Assembly: GCA_029260615.1 (NCBI GenBank)
Contig: JAJDCX010000016.1
Span: forward strand, 1,464-65,463
Length of the DNA: 64,000 bases
Origin: Phycisphaeraceae bacterium
GTDB lineage: Bacteria > Planctomycetota > Phycisphaerae > Phycisphaerales > Phycisphaeraceae
Reading direction: 5' to 3'
The position numbers and the translations under genes were made by a program. Every line of letters begins with the position of its first letter. Position 1 is the stretch's first letter. The notes below the pieces were generated by a model, which ran no database searches, was not told where the DNA came from, and was given only the letters and a program-made list of their open reading frames with translations. This document shows, piece after piece, positions 52,464 to 62,134 of this stretch.

Positions 52464-52718
52464 TCACACGTCATAAGGCCTCTCACATCTTCACCAGGTC
52501 ACACAGATACCGTGGCTACGGCTGCATTTTGAGCCATCTCTAAATCTTTGTGAAGTCAGCCGGTTATCGTTTTGTTGCCCCGTATTTTCCACAACATGTC
52601 CCGGCCCGTATTTTCCTTGCCACCGGCCTGTAAATGCTTAAAATAGATGTGTCAGGCATGTCATGGCGGATGATTGCGGGGATACGACTTGGATTCGGGG
52701 CAACAGATCAGGAGACCT

Positions 52719-53192
52719 ATGGGACTGCGCGAAGACATCATGAATGAGACGGTCGCACAACTGCCGCTGCGCAAGGCGGTCACGGTGACGGCCGATTTGT
52801 CGGCCAAAGAAGCGATCCGGTTGATGCGTGATAGCAAACTGGGCTGTGTGTTCGTCATCGACGATCAGGGCCGACCGATGGGCAAGTTCACCGAGCGGCA
52901 GGTACTCAAGCTGGTCTGTGGCTGCGTGCCCTTGGACCAGCAGGTGGGCAAGCACATGGTCAAGATCCCCGAGTGTGGCTGCGTGCGTCTGACCGACCCC
53001 GTGGTCAAGGTACTCGAGGGCATGAAGCAGACCCGGCTGCGTTTCCTTTGTGTGGTCGATGACGCGGGCAAAGTCGTTAGCCTCACCGGGCAGAAGGGTC
53101 TGATGGAGTATGTCGCCGACCACTTCCCCCGTCAGATCAAGGTGCAGGTGATGACATCTAAATTACACATGAACACGCGGGAGGGCGCATAG
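52719..53192 (+). CDS. CBS-pair domain protein
   Basis: AGGAGA SD box at 52710-52715 precedes the ATG at 52719. Two CBS motifs (VFVIDDQGRPMGKFTERQV, LCVVDDAGKVVSLTGQKGL). Confidence 0.7.
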   Translation: MGLREDIMNETVAQLPLRKAVTVTADLSAKEAIRLMRDSKLGCVFVIDDQGRPMGKFTERQVLKLVCGCVPLDQQVGKHMVKIPECGCVRLTDPVVKVLEGMKQTRLRFLCVVDDAGKVVSLTGQKGLMEYVADHFPRQIKVQVMTSKLHMNTREGA

Positions 53193-53194
53193 CC

Positions 53195-53680
53195 ATGGGA
53201 CGCATACGCAACCCCGTCGAGCCGGGCGAATTTGAAGACCCGCTGCACAACTACGATCCGCCAACTCATTCCGATGAGCTTGAGCGGGTGCTCTGCGATT
53301 CCCAGGTCTCGCAGATGCCGATCACGCCGTTGGCCTATATCGAAAAAGACGCCACGGTTCAGGACGCGTTGGACGTGATGGCCAAGTACGAGTGTTCCTG
53401 CGTAGTCGTGCAGGATGCCGGCCGGGCCGCTGGGATCTTCTCGGCACGGGACGTACTAAACAAAATCGCCCACGACCCCGCCACACGAGCCAAGCCGATC
53501 ACCGAGTTCATGACCCACGGCCCCAGAACGGTGTATGTCACCGATTGCCCGGCCAAGGCCCTGAACCTCATGGCCGTCGGCGGGTTCCGTCACATCCCAG
53601 TGCTGGATGTCGATGACAAGGTCGTCGGCATCTTAGGCCCACGCCGCACCACCGAGTTCTTACAAGAACACCTGATCTGA
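53195..53680 (+). CDS. CBS-pair domain protein
   Basis: Two CBS motifs (CVVVQDAGRAAGIFSARDV, IPVLDVDDKVVGILGPRR). Only 2 nt separate it from the preceding CBS gene. Confidence 0.7.
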   Translation: MGRIRNPVEPGEFEDPLHNYDPPTHSDELERVLCDSQVSQMPITPLAYIEKDATVQDALDVMAKYECSCVVVQDAGRAAGIFSARDVLNKIAHDPATRAKPITEFMTHGPRTVYVTDCPAKALNLMAVGGFRHIPVLDVDDKVVGILGPRRTTEFLQEHLI

Positions 53681-53707
53681 TTTCGCGTTTCGGCACCCTA
53701 CGCCCAC

Positions 53708-54847
53708 TCAACTCTCTTTAAGAACCGCAACCGCTTTGCGCTGAGGGTTTGCTATTGGCAGATCGTCGAGCTTACCGAGGCTGCGCCAAACACCGACTCG
53801 CGGACGCAGACGCCCCGACATAGCCGACGCATGCCAGAGGTGAAATTCGATGCTGCGGTGGGTCGTCTGGTGTGTAAACAATCTCAACGGTTTCACAACA
53901 CGGGCCACCAATCCAAACCGCGACTTGATCCAAGCACGCAGCGCAGCAGCCTTAGCCTGTGCGGTCACCTCCTCAGCGGTAGGCATCTGCCACATATTCG
54001 ACCACAGCCCCTCGGTCGGCCGTTGCTCAAACAGGAACTGCCCGCGGCGCTCAATCGCGATGATGTGGTGATGCACCGTGACGGGGCGTTTACGTTTGGC
54101 GGGCACGGGCACCTCCGAGACACGGCCGGCTCGCAGCGCTTCACACTCACCCGACAACGGACAATCCCCGCACGACGGGTTGGCCTTGGTGCAGATTAGT
54201 GCGCCCAACTCCATCACCGCTTGATTAAAGTCGCCGGGCCTGCGCACCGGAACCCAGTCCTCCGCCAGCCGCCACAAAGTCTTACGCGTGTCGGTCCCAT
54301 CGATGGGTTGGTCGATCAGGTAGACCCGTGACAGCACGCGGGCGACATTGCCATCCAGGATCGGGGCGGCACGCCCAAACGCGATCGAGGCCACAGCCCC
54401 GGCCGTATACCGCCCCACACCCGGCAAACTCAACAGGTCAGTGACATCCCCAGGCACCCGGCCCCCGTACTCGGCAACAAGAACCCGCGCCGCCGCATGA
54501 AGATTCCGGGCCCGGCGGTAGTAGCCTAGCCCCTGCCATAGACGCAAAACCGCCTGCTCATCGGCCTCGGCCAGGTCTCGCACCGTGGGGAACGCCTCGA
54601 TAAACCGCCCGTAGTACGGCAACACCGTGGCGACCTGGGTCTGTTGGAGCATCGCCTCGCTGACCAGAACCCGGTAGGGGTCGGGTGTTTCGTCAGGCTT
54701 AACCCGCCAGGGAAGCCGCCGGCGGTGGGTGTCGTACCAGGCAAGCAGACGCCGACGGACGCTCCGGGTTTTACTTGGGGAACCGGGGGAACCGGCGGTG
54801 GGGCCGGTAGTGGCATCGCAGGTGGTAGGGGGGGAGGTTTTGGGCAT
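53708..54847 (-). CDS. mutY: A/G-specific adenine DNA glycosylase
   Basis: HhH-GPD core VSEAMLQQTQV, LPGVGRYTAGAV, Fe-S cluster loop CTKANPSCGDCPLSGEC, Nudix-like C-terminal domain. Confidence 0.85.
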   Translation of the reverse strand: MPKTSPPTTCDATTGPTAGSPGSPSKTRSVRRRLLAWYDTHRRRLPWRVKPDETPDPYRVLVSEAMLQQTQVATVLPYYGRFIEAFPTVRDLAEADEQAVLRLWQGLGYYRRARNLHAAARVLVAEYGGRVPGDVTDLLSLPGVGRYTAGAVASIAFGRAAPILDGNVARVLSRVYLIDQPIDGTDTRKTLWRLAEDWVPVRRPGDFNQAVMELGALICTKANPSCGDCPLSGECEALRAGRVSEVPVPAKRKRPVTVHHHIIAIERRGQFLFEQRPTEGLWSNMWQMPTAEEVTAQAKAAALRAWIKSRFGLVARVVKPLRLFTHQTTHRSIEFHLWHASAMSGRLRPRVGVWRSLGKLDDLPIANPQRKAVAVLKES

Positions 54848-54970
54848 GGATCGGTCGGTTTTGCAGGCTCAGGCGGTGAACGTCCGATCATAACAAGGCC
54901 CTTGGTCGACCACAGGCGTTGCAGGGCGGATGGTCTTTGAATTCACGAATCCCACACAGGGGCGAATCGC

Positions 54971-55369
54971 ATGGTAGCCAGCCGACAGTCACTCACCCCG
55001 GTCAGGGATTCAGTCACGCACAAGTTCCAGATCATGGGCCACGAGGGCTACCTGACCGTTGGGCTGTTTGAGACCGGCATGCCCGGCGAGGTCTTCATCA
55101 AGATGTCGAAGGAAGGCTCGACCCTGTCCGGGCTGATCCAAGCCTACTGCCGGGCCTTCTCCCTGGCGATCCAGTACGGCCTGCCGCTGGATGAAGCATG
55201 CCGACGATTCAAGGGCATGCGCTTCGAGCCGATGGGCACCACGTCCAATCCCGACATCCCCGAAGCCTTGAGCATCATCGACTACGTCGCCCAGTATCTC
55301 CAACTGCATTATGTAACAGCTTCGGCCGACCGCGCGGGTGTTGCGGAACTTCTCGCCGAGGCCGGCTGA
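54971..55369 (+). CDS. Stand-alone protein homologous to the extreme C-terminus of class II (B12-dependent) ribonucleotide reductase (TSCPD-type domain, TSNPD variant)
   Basis: 132 aa. THKFQIMGHEGYLTVGLFETGMPGEVFIKMSKEGSTLSGLIQAYCRAFSLAIQYGLPL...RFEPMGTTSNPDIPEALSIIDY closely follows the NrdJ C-terminal pattern (HKF.I.GHEGYLTVGLYEDG.PGE.FI.M.KEGST.SGL...LQYG.P...F.P.G.T.NP.I..A.S..DY). Confidence 0.65.
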   Translation: MVASRQSLTPVRDSVTHKFQIMGHEGYLTVGLFETGMPGEVFIKMSKEGSTLSGLIQAYCRAFSLAIQYGLPLDEACRRFKGMRFEPMGTTSNPDIPEALSIIDYVAQYLQLHYVTASADRAGVAELLAEAG

Positions 55370-55500
55370 TACGTTGCGCACGGCTTCCCCAGCGTTCCAC
55401 GCTTGAATCACACATCAATCACATCAGTCTTGACCCTGTGCGCGGTGGCGGCTACTGTCTGGACTTCGGCCTCCAAGCCCACTCCCCTGCCCACTCCTCT

Positions 55501-56922
55501 ATGGATGACCAGACCAAACACAAGTGTGGCGTCTTCGGGATCTGGGACGATCCCGATACCGCGCATAAATGCTATACCGCCCTCTACGCCCAGCAGCACC
55601 GCGGGCAGGAGTCCGCCGGCATTGCCGTGGTCGATGACGGCCAACTCAACGCACACACCGGCATGGGCCTGGTCGCCGAGGTCTTCGACGACCAGACACT
55701 CGCTCGCCTCACGGGTAACGCCGGGATCGGGCACAACCGCTACTCCACCACCGGGGCCAGCCGGTCCTGCAACGCACAACCCCTCCTGCGTGAATACGTC
55801 GGCGGGCAAGTCGCGCTAGCCCACAACGGCAACCTCATCAACGCCGATCTACTAAGACAAGAATACGAATCACGCGGGCACATGTTCCAGACATCCACAG
55901 ACACCGAGGTGATCCTCGTCCTGCTGGCGTCGCACCACCTGGCCAAGGAAGACGCCCTGGCGGAGGTGCTGCAGCATCTTCAAGGGGCATACTCGCTGGT
56001 ATTCCTCTTCAACGACCGGATCGAAGCCGCACGCGACCCCTGGGGCTGGCGCCCCCTGGTGCTGGGCAAGACCGAGGCCGGCGCTCCCTGTGTCGCCAGC
56101 GAGACCGTGGCGCTGGACGCGATCGGGGCGACCTATGTCCGTGAGGTCGAGCCCGGCGAGATCGTCACGCTGTCAGACAAAGGCGTGCAGAGCCGACGCT
56201 TCGCCAAGCCCCAGCCCCCGGCCCACTGCATCTTCGAACACGTCTATTTTGCCAACCCCTCGTCGATCCTGTTCGGTGATACCGTTCAAGTGATCCGTGA
56301 AAAGTTCGGCGAAAAACTGGCAGAAGAGTCCCCGGTCGATGCCGACTGCGTGATCCCCATGCCCGACTCAGGCCGAAGCTCGTCGATGGGCTACGCACGC
56401 GCTAGCGGATTGCCCTACAAAGAAGGCATCGTCCCCAACCGCTACGTCGGCAGGACGTTTATCAAGCCCAGTCAGGCCCAACGTGAGGTCGCCGTCCGTC
56501 TCAAGCTCAACGTGGTCAGAGAGATCGTCAAGGACCACCGCCTGATCGTGGTCGATGACTCCATCGTCCGCGGCACCACGACCCGTTTCAAGATGGCGCA
56601 GCTACGGCGGGCCGGTGCTAAAGAAATCCACCTGCGTATCAGTTGCCCCCCGATCCGCCACGGCTGCTACTTCGGCGTGGACTTCCCCGACCCCAAGGAC
56701 CTGATCGCCAACGATAAGAGCGTGGATGAGATCGCCGAATTCCTCGACGTCGATTCCCTGGCATTCCTGTCTCTGGAAGGCATGCTCTCATGCGTAAGCC
56801 TGCCCAAAGAAAACTACTGCACCGCCTGCTGGTCCGGCAACTACCCCATTGACGTCGAACACCCCGTCAATAAACTAGACCTCGAACGTCACCAGTTGCG
56901 TATGTTCTCGCCGGACAAATAA
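55501..56922 (+). CDS. purF: Amidophosphoribosyltransferase
   Basis: MDDQTKHK propeptide then CGVFGIW (N-terminal nucleophile Cys), HNRYSTTG, PRPP-binding loop LIVVDDSIVRGTT, C-terminal Fe-S cysteines CYFGVD...CTACWSG. The ORF-track extension to 55198 overlaps the preceding gene and is rejected. Confidence 0.9.
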   Translation: MDDQTKHKCGVFGIWDDPDTAHKCYTALYAQQHRGQESAGIAVVDDGQLNAHTGMGLVAEVFDDQTLARLTGNAGIGHNRYSTTGASRSCNAQPLLREYVGGQVALAHNGNLINADLLRQEYESRGHMFQTSTDTEVILVLLASHHLAKEDALAEVLQHLQGAYSLVFLFNDRIEAARDPWGWRPLVLGKTEAGAPCVASETVALDAIGATYVREVEPGEIVTLSDKGVQSRRFAKPQPPAHCIFEHVYFANPSSILFGDTVQVIREKFGEKLAEESPVDADCVIPMPDSGRSSSMGYARASGLPYKEGIVPNRYVGRTFIKPSQAQREVAVRLKLNVVREIVKDHRLIVVDDSIVRGTTTRFKMAQLRRAGAKEIHLRISCPPIRHGCYFGVDFPDPKDLIANDKSVDEIAEFLDVDSLAFLSLEGMLSCVSLPKENYCTACWSGNYPIDVEHPVNKLDLERHQLRMFSPDK

Positions 56923-56927
56923 TATCT

Positions 56928-57027
56928 AGGCCACCTCTAATAATTGAACTCTCTCCGCGAAAAAGCCGCTTGCGGCTTAGCGGGGCCCCATGGATGACCT
57001 CCGTGTGTGTATTTTTAGAGGTGGCCT
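56928..57027. repeat. 100-bp element bounded by a perfect 13-bp inverted repeat (AGGCCACCTCTAA / TTAGAGGTGGCCT)
   Basis: Arms at 56928-56940 and 57015-57027 with a 74-nt spacer that contains a terminator hairpin. It fills almost the whole gap between the convergent purF and DUF4340 genes. Confidence 0.6.
56959..56978 (-). terminator. Intrinsic terminator for the minus-strand ABC/GldG/DUF4340 operon
   Basis: Minus-sense AAGCCG-CAAG-CGGCTT followed by TTTTTCGC. 6-bp GC-rich stem, tetraloop, U-run. About 50 nt after the stop at 57028. Confidence 0.55.
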
Positions 57028-59244
57028 CTACTTAATCAGTGCCTCGGCACCCGTCAGCGGGGCACGCAGACGATCTACAGCATCTCGGTTTAACGTGAAC
57101 CACCCGGTGTGGCTTTCACCGTGGGACGGATCCATCGTAACGGTTACCGTTTCGTCGTCGCCGTGAATGAAACGCAGCGTCCATGTTTCCTCACCCGTCG
57201 TGGTCAACTCGATTGAAAAGTCGATATCTTCCGGGCGCAGATGCAACGGCGCGACATATCGCTCCACACGCAGCCCAGCCAAGGCGTCAAACACCCCAGC
57301 CGCCACCGCTTGGTCCACTTCGCCTTGGTCACTGACGAAACGCTGCCCGTCGAGCGATACCATGATGTCCGTTGTATCACTGGCGATCCTGGCCGAAGCA
57401 ATCTCTTCGAGGGATACCGTAAGAACACTGCGGTCGCGGTACTCGGCGTTGAATAAATCGGCTACAACTCCCGGCAACACAAACCCCAAGTCGATGCCCG
57501 TCAACACAGCTTGCCCATTAACAGGGTCGATCGACAGCGTCTTGGGCGATCCCTCCGAGAGATTAATCGTCAACTCGATCTCACCGGTATCTGGTGTAAT
57601 CGGATCGGCCAGCCATTTGGTGGCTCTTAATGGATTCAGTGAGCCGAGCAAGGCGTCGAAGCTGGTATTCTCAAACTGATCTTGCCCGGTGAGCGTCCAA
57701 CCCGTTTCAGCGTCTGAGGGGATGAACTCATAGACCACGCCATCCGCGCGGCGCAGCGTCATGCCGGTGATTTTATCACGCGAAATATCCATGATCGTGC
57801 GTTTACGCAGCCCAAGCGGTGGCCCAAGCAGCAGATCCAACCCCGAGACTTTGACCAGGTAACCGACCCCCTCGCCACGGTTAACGATGATCCGGTCGTC
57901 GCCGCTGCCGTAAACATTGAAGTTCACTTCGCCGCCGCCGGCCGCCACGCCGAGTTGGACCTGTACGATCGGGTCGCCAAGCTCGCTAAGTTCTGTGGTG
58001 TACCGAGTCGTTTCAAGGCCGCAAACATGTTGGATCAAAGCATGAGCGGTGCTGTAATCGACGTCGAAATCGGGCTGCGGCTCGCCGAAGCGGTAGCCGG
58101 ATTGCGGGTCACGGATCAGGTGCAGCGTCGTCTCGCCCGCTTGCTGCACCACCAGGTCTCTAACGTCTTGCGGTGATGCAACGACTACACGCGGGTCGCG
58201 CAGATCGTCTACGCTCCGTACCAGCGCGTCGGCACTGGAAGCGTCCACCGTGAAGACCACCAGCGTCGGCTCATCGTCTCGCGTCCATGCGGCGTACCGG
58301 GTGTTGCCTTCCAGAGCGGTTCGGCCGATCTTCAACCTGCGTGTGACAGTATCAATCCGCGCGACTTGGTTATCAGTTGGAGGCAGCAGGGCGGGGGACT
58401 CGATGATTAATTCCAGGTGAGGCTTGCCCAGCCCGTAGATCGCCAGACTGTCGGGGTTGTCTTCGGTGAAGCCGTTGATCCACACCTGATCTGCCGCAGC
58501 GACAAGGTTGTTAATCGCCTCTTCGCTGGCGCGTTGTACGCCTTCGCCATCGATCCGCCACCGCCCGTCGGCTTTCGTCAGCCCGATCACCGCGCCGTCC
58601 TGGTGTAACCCGATGTGTTCTATGGCGGATGCGGCCTGGATACCCAGCGATTTACTACGCCAGTCGTTGACCTGCTGATCGAGCACCGCCCCGTGCAACG
58701 CCGGATCGACGACGTAAGCCATCATCTCACCATCGACTTGGACATACCCGTGGCCATCAACCGTTTGTCGGCCCAACTTCAATGTCCAATGCTTATCACC
58801 AACCCAAACCGTGACAACGGCACGCGGTTTATCCAGCCCCATCTGCGCCGTGGTCGCCCCCCCCCCGGATTTCACGCCCACGGCTGCACCCGAAGCGTCG
58901 GATTCCATCTGCTGTATGTAACGCAGCTCGGCGAACCGTCGGGCGATCGCATCCGGGGTGGATGTTTCAAGGGCAAACCGCACTGGCTGGGTCTGGAACC
59001 ATTGGCCGCCGTGCTTTTCGATTGTGACCTCACGACCGCCCCGTGTGATCTGTATGCGGTCGATTGAATCCAAGGCCGGTGTGTCGTCAGCAAAAACCAG
59101 TTGGCCGGCGGTCTGTGTGGTTTCATCGGCTTGTTGTTGTTTGTGGACTTCATACCGGCTGGTCTGGCCGTACTCAACGAAGTAGAAATACCCGCCGACC
59201 ACCGACAACAGTAGGACCAGGGCGAGCGTGGTTTTGAAATTCAT
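57028..59244 (-). CDS. DUF4340-like protein (N-terminally anchored, periplasmic, multi-repeat)
   Basis: 738 aa. N-terminal TM LALVLLLSVVGGYFYFV. The position immediately after a GldG-like gene is the usual DUF4340 context. The family call rests mainly on context and architecture. Confidence 0.55.
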   Translation of the reverse strand: MNFKTTLALVLLLSVVGGYFYFVEYGQTSRYEVHKQQQADETTQTAGQLVFADDTPALDSIDRIQITRGGREVTIEKHGGQWFQTQPVRFALETSTPDAIARRFAELRYIQQMESDASGAAVGVKSGGGATTAQMGLDKPRAVVTVWVGDKHWTLKLGRQTVDGHGYVQVDGEMMAYVVDPALHGAVLDQQVNDWRSKSLGIQAASAIEHIGLHQDGAVIGLTKADGRWRIDGEGVQRASEEAINNLVAAADQVWINGFTEDNPDSLAIYGLGKPHLELIIESPALLPPTDNQVARIDTVTRRLKIGRTALEGNTRYAAWTRDDEPTLVVFTVDASSADALVRSVDDLRDPRVVVASPQDVRDLVVQQAGETTLHLIRDPQSGYRFGEPQPDFDVDYSTAHALIQHVCGLETTRYTTELSELGDPIVQVQLGVAAGGGEVNFNVYGSGDDRIIVNRGEGVGYLVKVSGLDLLLGPPLGLRKRTIMDISRDKITGMTLRRADGVVYEFIPSDAETGWTLTGQDQFENTSFDALLGSLNPLRATKWLADPITPDTGEIELTINLSEGSPKTLSIDPVNGQAVLTGIDLGFVLPGVVADLFNAEYRDRSVLTVSLEEIASARIASDTTDIMVSLDGQRFVSDQGEVDQAVAAGVFDALAGLRVERYVAPLHLRPEDIDFSIELTTTGEETWTLRFIHGDDETVTVTMDPSHGESHTGWFTLNRDAVDRLRAPLTGAEALIK

Positions 59245-59261
59245 CGTGAATCAATCCTGTA

Positions 59262-61367
59262 TTACGCCCGGCGTCGTACCCACCAGACACCCAGCCCAAG
59301 CAGCAACGCCCCCGCAGGCATGCCGGCGAGCAGGGCGGTTTGGTGCCACCATAGCGCGTCCGCGGTCATAGGCTTGATCCGCGGCACATCCTGTGACCGT
59401 GGGCTCGCGGCGATCAGGTCTTCCAAACCGGCGAGCCAGAACACACTGTTAATAAAGAGTTCGCTGTTGGCCGGGAACGCGGCACCGGTGAGTTCAGCGG
59501 TGCCGGGGCCCAAGAGACCCAGACCCGTCATCGGATCGCTGGCCCAGATGGTTTCAGCAACCGTGACCAGTCGCTTGCCGGCTTGTTCGGATGCCACACC
59601 GATGGTGAAAGATTCGGCGCTGTCCGGCTCGCTGAACTTAGCGTTCTGCACCGCTTCGGGTGATGAAAGATCGCTGTGCGCCCAGAGCCTGCTGCCTTTC
59701 AACTCGATTAAGCGGTGGTGTACCACGTCCCCGTTTTGACTAAGCAGGATCGGGCACGCCACACGGAAGCCGGCCTGCATCCCGTTAAGCGCGGTGGTGA
59801 TCGCCAGCCCGTCCGGCCAGGTATCGACCAGGAACTGCAAGGAGGTAGCGGTACGCCGGTTGTCCTGCTGAATCTCCTCAAGCACGATCCGGTCCAACTG
59901 CGGGGTCAGCCCCCAGTTTGCAAGCAAGTCGGTGATGGGGTTGGCGACGGCAAACGATGCGGCACCGTCGGCAGAGAGCAACAGCATCGCGGCGTCCCCT
60001 GCGTCTAACCGCTCCTCCAACAGGTCCGCGATCTGCTGACGGGGGTTAGCCATCATCATCATGGGGTTATTCATCTGGTCCCCGGGCGTGGGCAGCACGA
60101 CCCAGATGGTTTTCTGCCCGGGCTCGGCCTGGGGCCGCGGTGCCGGGGGTGTGGGCTGACCCATCGAACTCATCTGCCCGGCGGGGTTCCACTGCGTTAC
60201 TCGGAAGTCGGCGCTCTGTAGCCGCTGCGCCACGATGTTGTACCGTCCCCGCTCGCCCAGCGCCGGGCCGCCGCCGGAGGTGATGAACACCACCATCGGT
60301 GGCTGCGTAAGCGTCATGCTCAGTAACGCCCCGGTGAGTTTTTCTTCGATCAGGTACTGCGGCTGGGTCCGCCCGGTCTCCTCGTAACCCCGCGCATCCT
60401 CCCGCCACATCTCGCTGACCGGGACGACCTTCACACGGTCAGCACCCAGCACCACGACCGACGCGCCGGTGGTCAGGGAATACAACACCTGGTTGTAACG
60501 CGGCGAAGGCTCGACGGCATCCATCTGTTGCAACGGCGCGACGAGTTTTTCTTGGGCCTGCCTACACAACTCGACAACCTGCAGCAGCCGTTCCTTGTCG
60601 GCATCCTTGCTTGTGTTGTCTCGGGCAAGTTGTCCCCCACGGTCGGCCACCACGCCCAGCACCGCGTCGTAGTCTGTTAGCACAGCCTGGATCTGCCCCT
60701 TGATCCCCGCATAGTTCACCAGGACCTGGTCGAGTAATTCATCGGTCTGTTGACCGGCAAGCTCGGCGGTCTGGCTGATCTCTTTACAACGGGTCGCCGC
60801 CACCTGGTACAGGTTCTGCGCCGGGTCCTCAGTGGGGGCCTGCTCCGTGTCGAGCCCCGCCATTAAGACAGCAATGAGTTCCCCATTGAGCGGGCCCAAC
60901 TCCTTCAGTGCCGTCCGCCCCAGGCCGATCGCTTTGATGACCGGGGCTAATTCATCGCCGAACGCCTGGGCAATCGCGGCGTTGAGTTGCTCGGCCTTAA
61001 AGATGTCACCGCGTGCGTCCAGATGCTCGGCCGTGACGTGGTCGGCATAACGTGCGTATTCATCCGACAGATCCCGGACCCGCCGATACACCAACGCCTC
61101 CTGCCCGCGGGTGACCTCAAGATCATTCGGCAGCAGCGTGACGATCCGGTAGTCACCCTCCAGCTTGTGCAGCACAGCCTTGGACTGCGCGGACAGGCTG
61201 TAGCTACGATCCTGTGTCAGGTCCAGACGCAGGTACTGCCGGCTGGCGATCCAGTTCACCAGCACCACGATCCCCAACGCGGCGACCACAGCAACCGTGA
61301 TGTTCAACCCGAACTTCAATCGGCGCACAGCCTGCGAGTCGGTTGATGGTTTTTGTTTACGACTCAT
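59262..61367 (-). CDS. GldG-like ABC-transporter auxiliary component (ABC-type uncharacterised transport system)
   Basis: 701 aa with N- and C-terminal TM anchors and a large periplasmic part. Follows an ABC-2 permease and an ATPase, as in gldAFG-type modules. Confidence 0.6.
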   Translation of the reverse strand: MSRKQKPSTDSQAVRRLKFGLNITVAVVAALGIVVLVNWIASRQYLRLDLTQDRSYSLSAQSKAVLHKLEGDYRIVTLLPNDLEVTRGQEALVYRRVRDLSDEYARYADHVTAEHLDARGDIFKAEQLNAAIAQAFGDELAPVIKAIGLGRTALKELGPLNGELIAVLMAGLDTEQAPTEDPAQNLYQVAATRCKEISQTAELAGQQTDELLDQVLVNYAGIKGQIQAVLTDYDAVLGVVADRGGQLARDNTSKDADKERLLQVVELCRQAQEKLVAPLQQMDAVEPSPRYNQVLYSLTTGASVVVLGADRVKVVPVSEMWREDARGYEETGRTQPQYLIEEKLTGALLSMTLTQPPMVVFITSGGGPALGERGRYNIVAQRLQSADFRVTQWNPAGQMSSMGQPTPPAPRPQAEPGQKTIWVVLPTPGDQMNNPMMMMANPRQQIADLLEERLDAGDAAMLLLSADGAASFAVANPITDLLANWGLTPQLDRIVLEEIQQDNRRTATSLQFLVDTWPDGLAITTALNGMQAGFRVACPILLSQNGDVVHHRLIELKGSRLWAHSDLSSPEAVQNAKFSEPDSAESFTIGVASEQAGKRLVTVAETIWASDPMTGLGLLGPGTAELTGAAFPANSELFINSVFWLAGLEDLIAASPRSQDVPRIKPMTADALWWHQTALLAGMPAGALLLGLGVWWVRRRA

Positions 61368-61408
61368 ATCGGTTCCGTCTGAACTTTATGCTTGTGGCAC
61401 TTGCGTGG

Positions 61409-62134
61409 TTAACGCCAACGTCGGCTCTGCAGGGTCAAGGTGGCGAAGAACAAGAACAGCCCGGTCCCGCTGACGAAGAACACGACCCGCCCCAGGTCGA
61501 TGATCCCCTTGGCGAAGTCCTCGAACTGCCCAAATACATTGATGTAGAAAAGCCCCTGCTTGATCCACGGATGGTCCGCGACCCAGCCCGCCCGGGCCAG
61601 CAGCACCGCAAGCGGTGAGAACGCCAGCACCATCGCGGTCGTGAGTAGGAACGCGATGATCTGGCTCTGCGTGATGGCCGACGCAAAGGTTCCGATAGCC
61701 AGGTACAGCCCCCCGACCATCAGCAACCCAAGCATCCCAACCAGGATCGGGCCCAAGTCCGGGTTTGAATTCAGACCAAGCACCGCAACCAACACCGCCA
61801 CCGGGATCATCAGTGTCAGGAAAAAACCCATCGCCCCCAGCCACTTGCCCAAGACCACCTGCGTGTCGCTGATCGGTAGTGTCATCAGCAACTCAATCGT
61901 GCCAGCCCGGAACTCCTCGCTAATCAGCCGCATGCTGATCGCCGGGACCAGTGGGATCATCAGCCAAAGCACCGACCACTGGAGGTTGCGCATCTCCGCG
62001 GGCGCACCGGGGGCAAAGCCCGCCAGGAACAGCAACGCCGTGCCGAACCCAAACAGCCCCAACACGACATAAGCAACCGGGCTAAAGAACAGGCTGGTGA
62101 GTTCGCGTTTGGCGATGGTTAGGACGTGATTCAT
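61409..62134 (-). CDS. ABC-2 type transporter permease (GldF-like)
   Basis: 241 aa, six hydrophobic helices. N-terminus MNHVLTIAKRELTSLFFSPVAY is typical of ABC-2 permeases. Confidence 0.75.
   Translation of the reverse strand: MNHVLTIAKRELTSLFFSPVAYVVLGLFGFGTALLFLAGFAPGAPAEMRNLQWSVLWLMIPLVPAISMRLISEEFRAGTIELLMTLPISDTQVVLGKWLGAMGFFLTLMIPVAVLVAVLGLNSNPDLGPILVGMLGLLMVGGLYLAIGTFASAITQSQIIAFLLTTAMVLAFSPLAVLLARAGWVADHPWIKQGLFYINVFGQFEDFAKGIIDLGRVVFFVSGTGLFLFFATLTLQSRRWR

Noticed and set aside
55198-55500. N-terminal extension of the purF ORF, overlapping the NrdJ-tail gene
   Set aside because: The extension translates to Arg/His/Pro-rich sequence with no similarity to PurF. The ATG at 55501 yields the expected short propeptide followed by CGVFGI. 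The same logic was applied to extensions at 611-664 (ccmF), 2734-2787, 8950-8994 (recN), 24903-25094, 31333-31503 (nuoH), 37124-37171 and 41174-41272 (radA).
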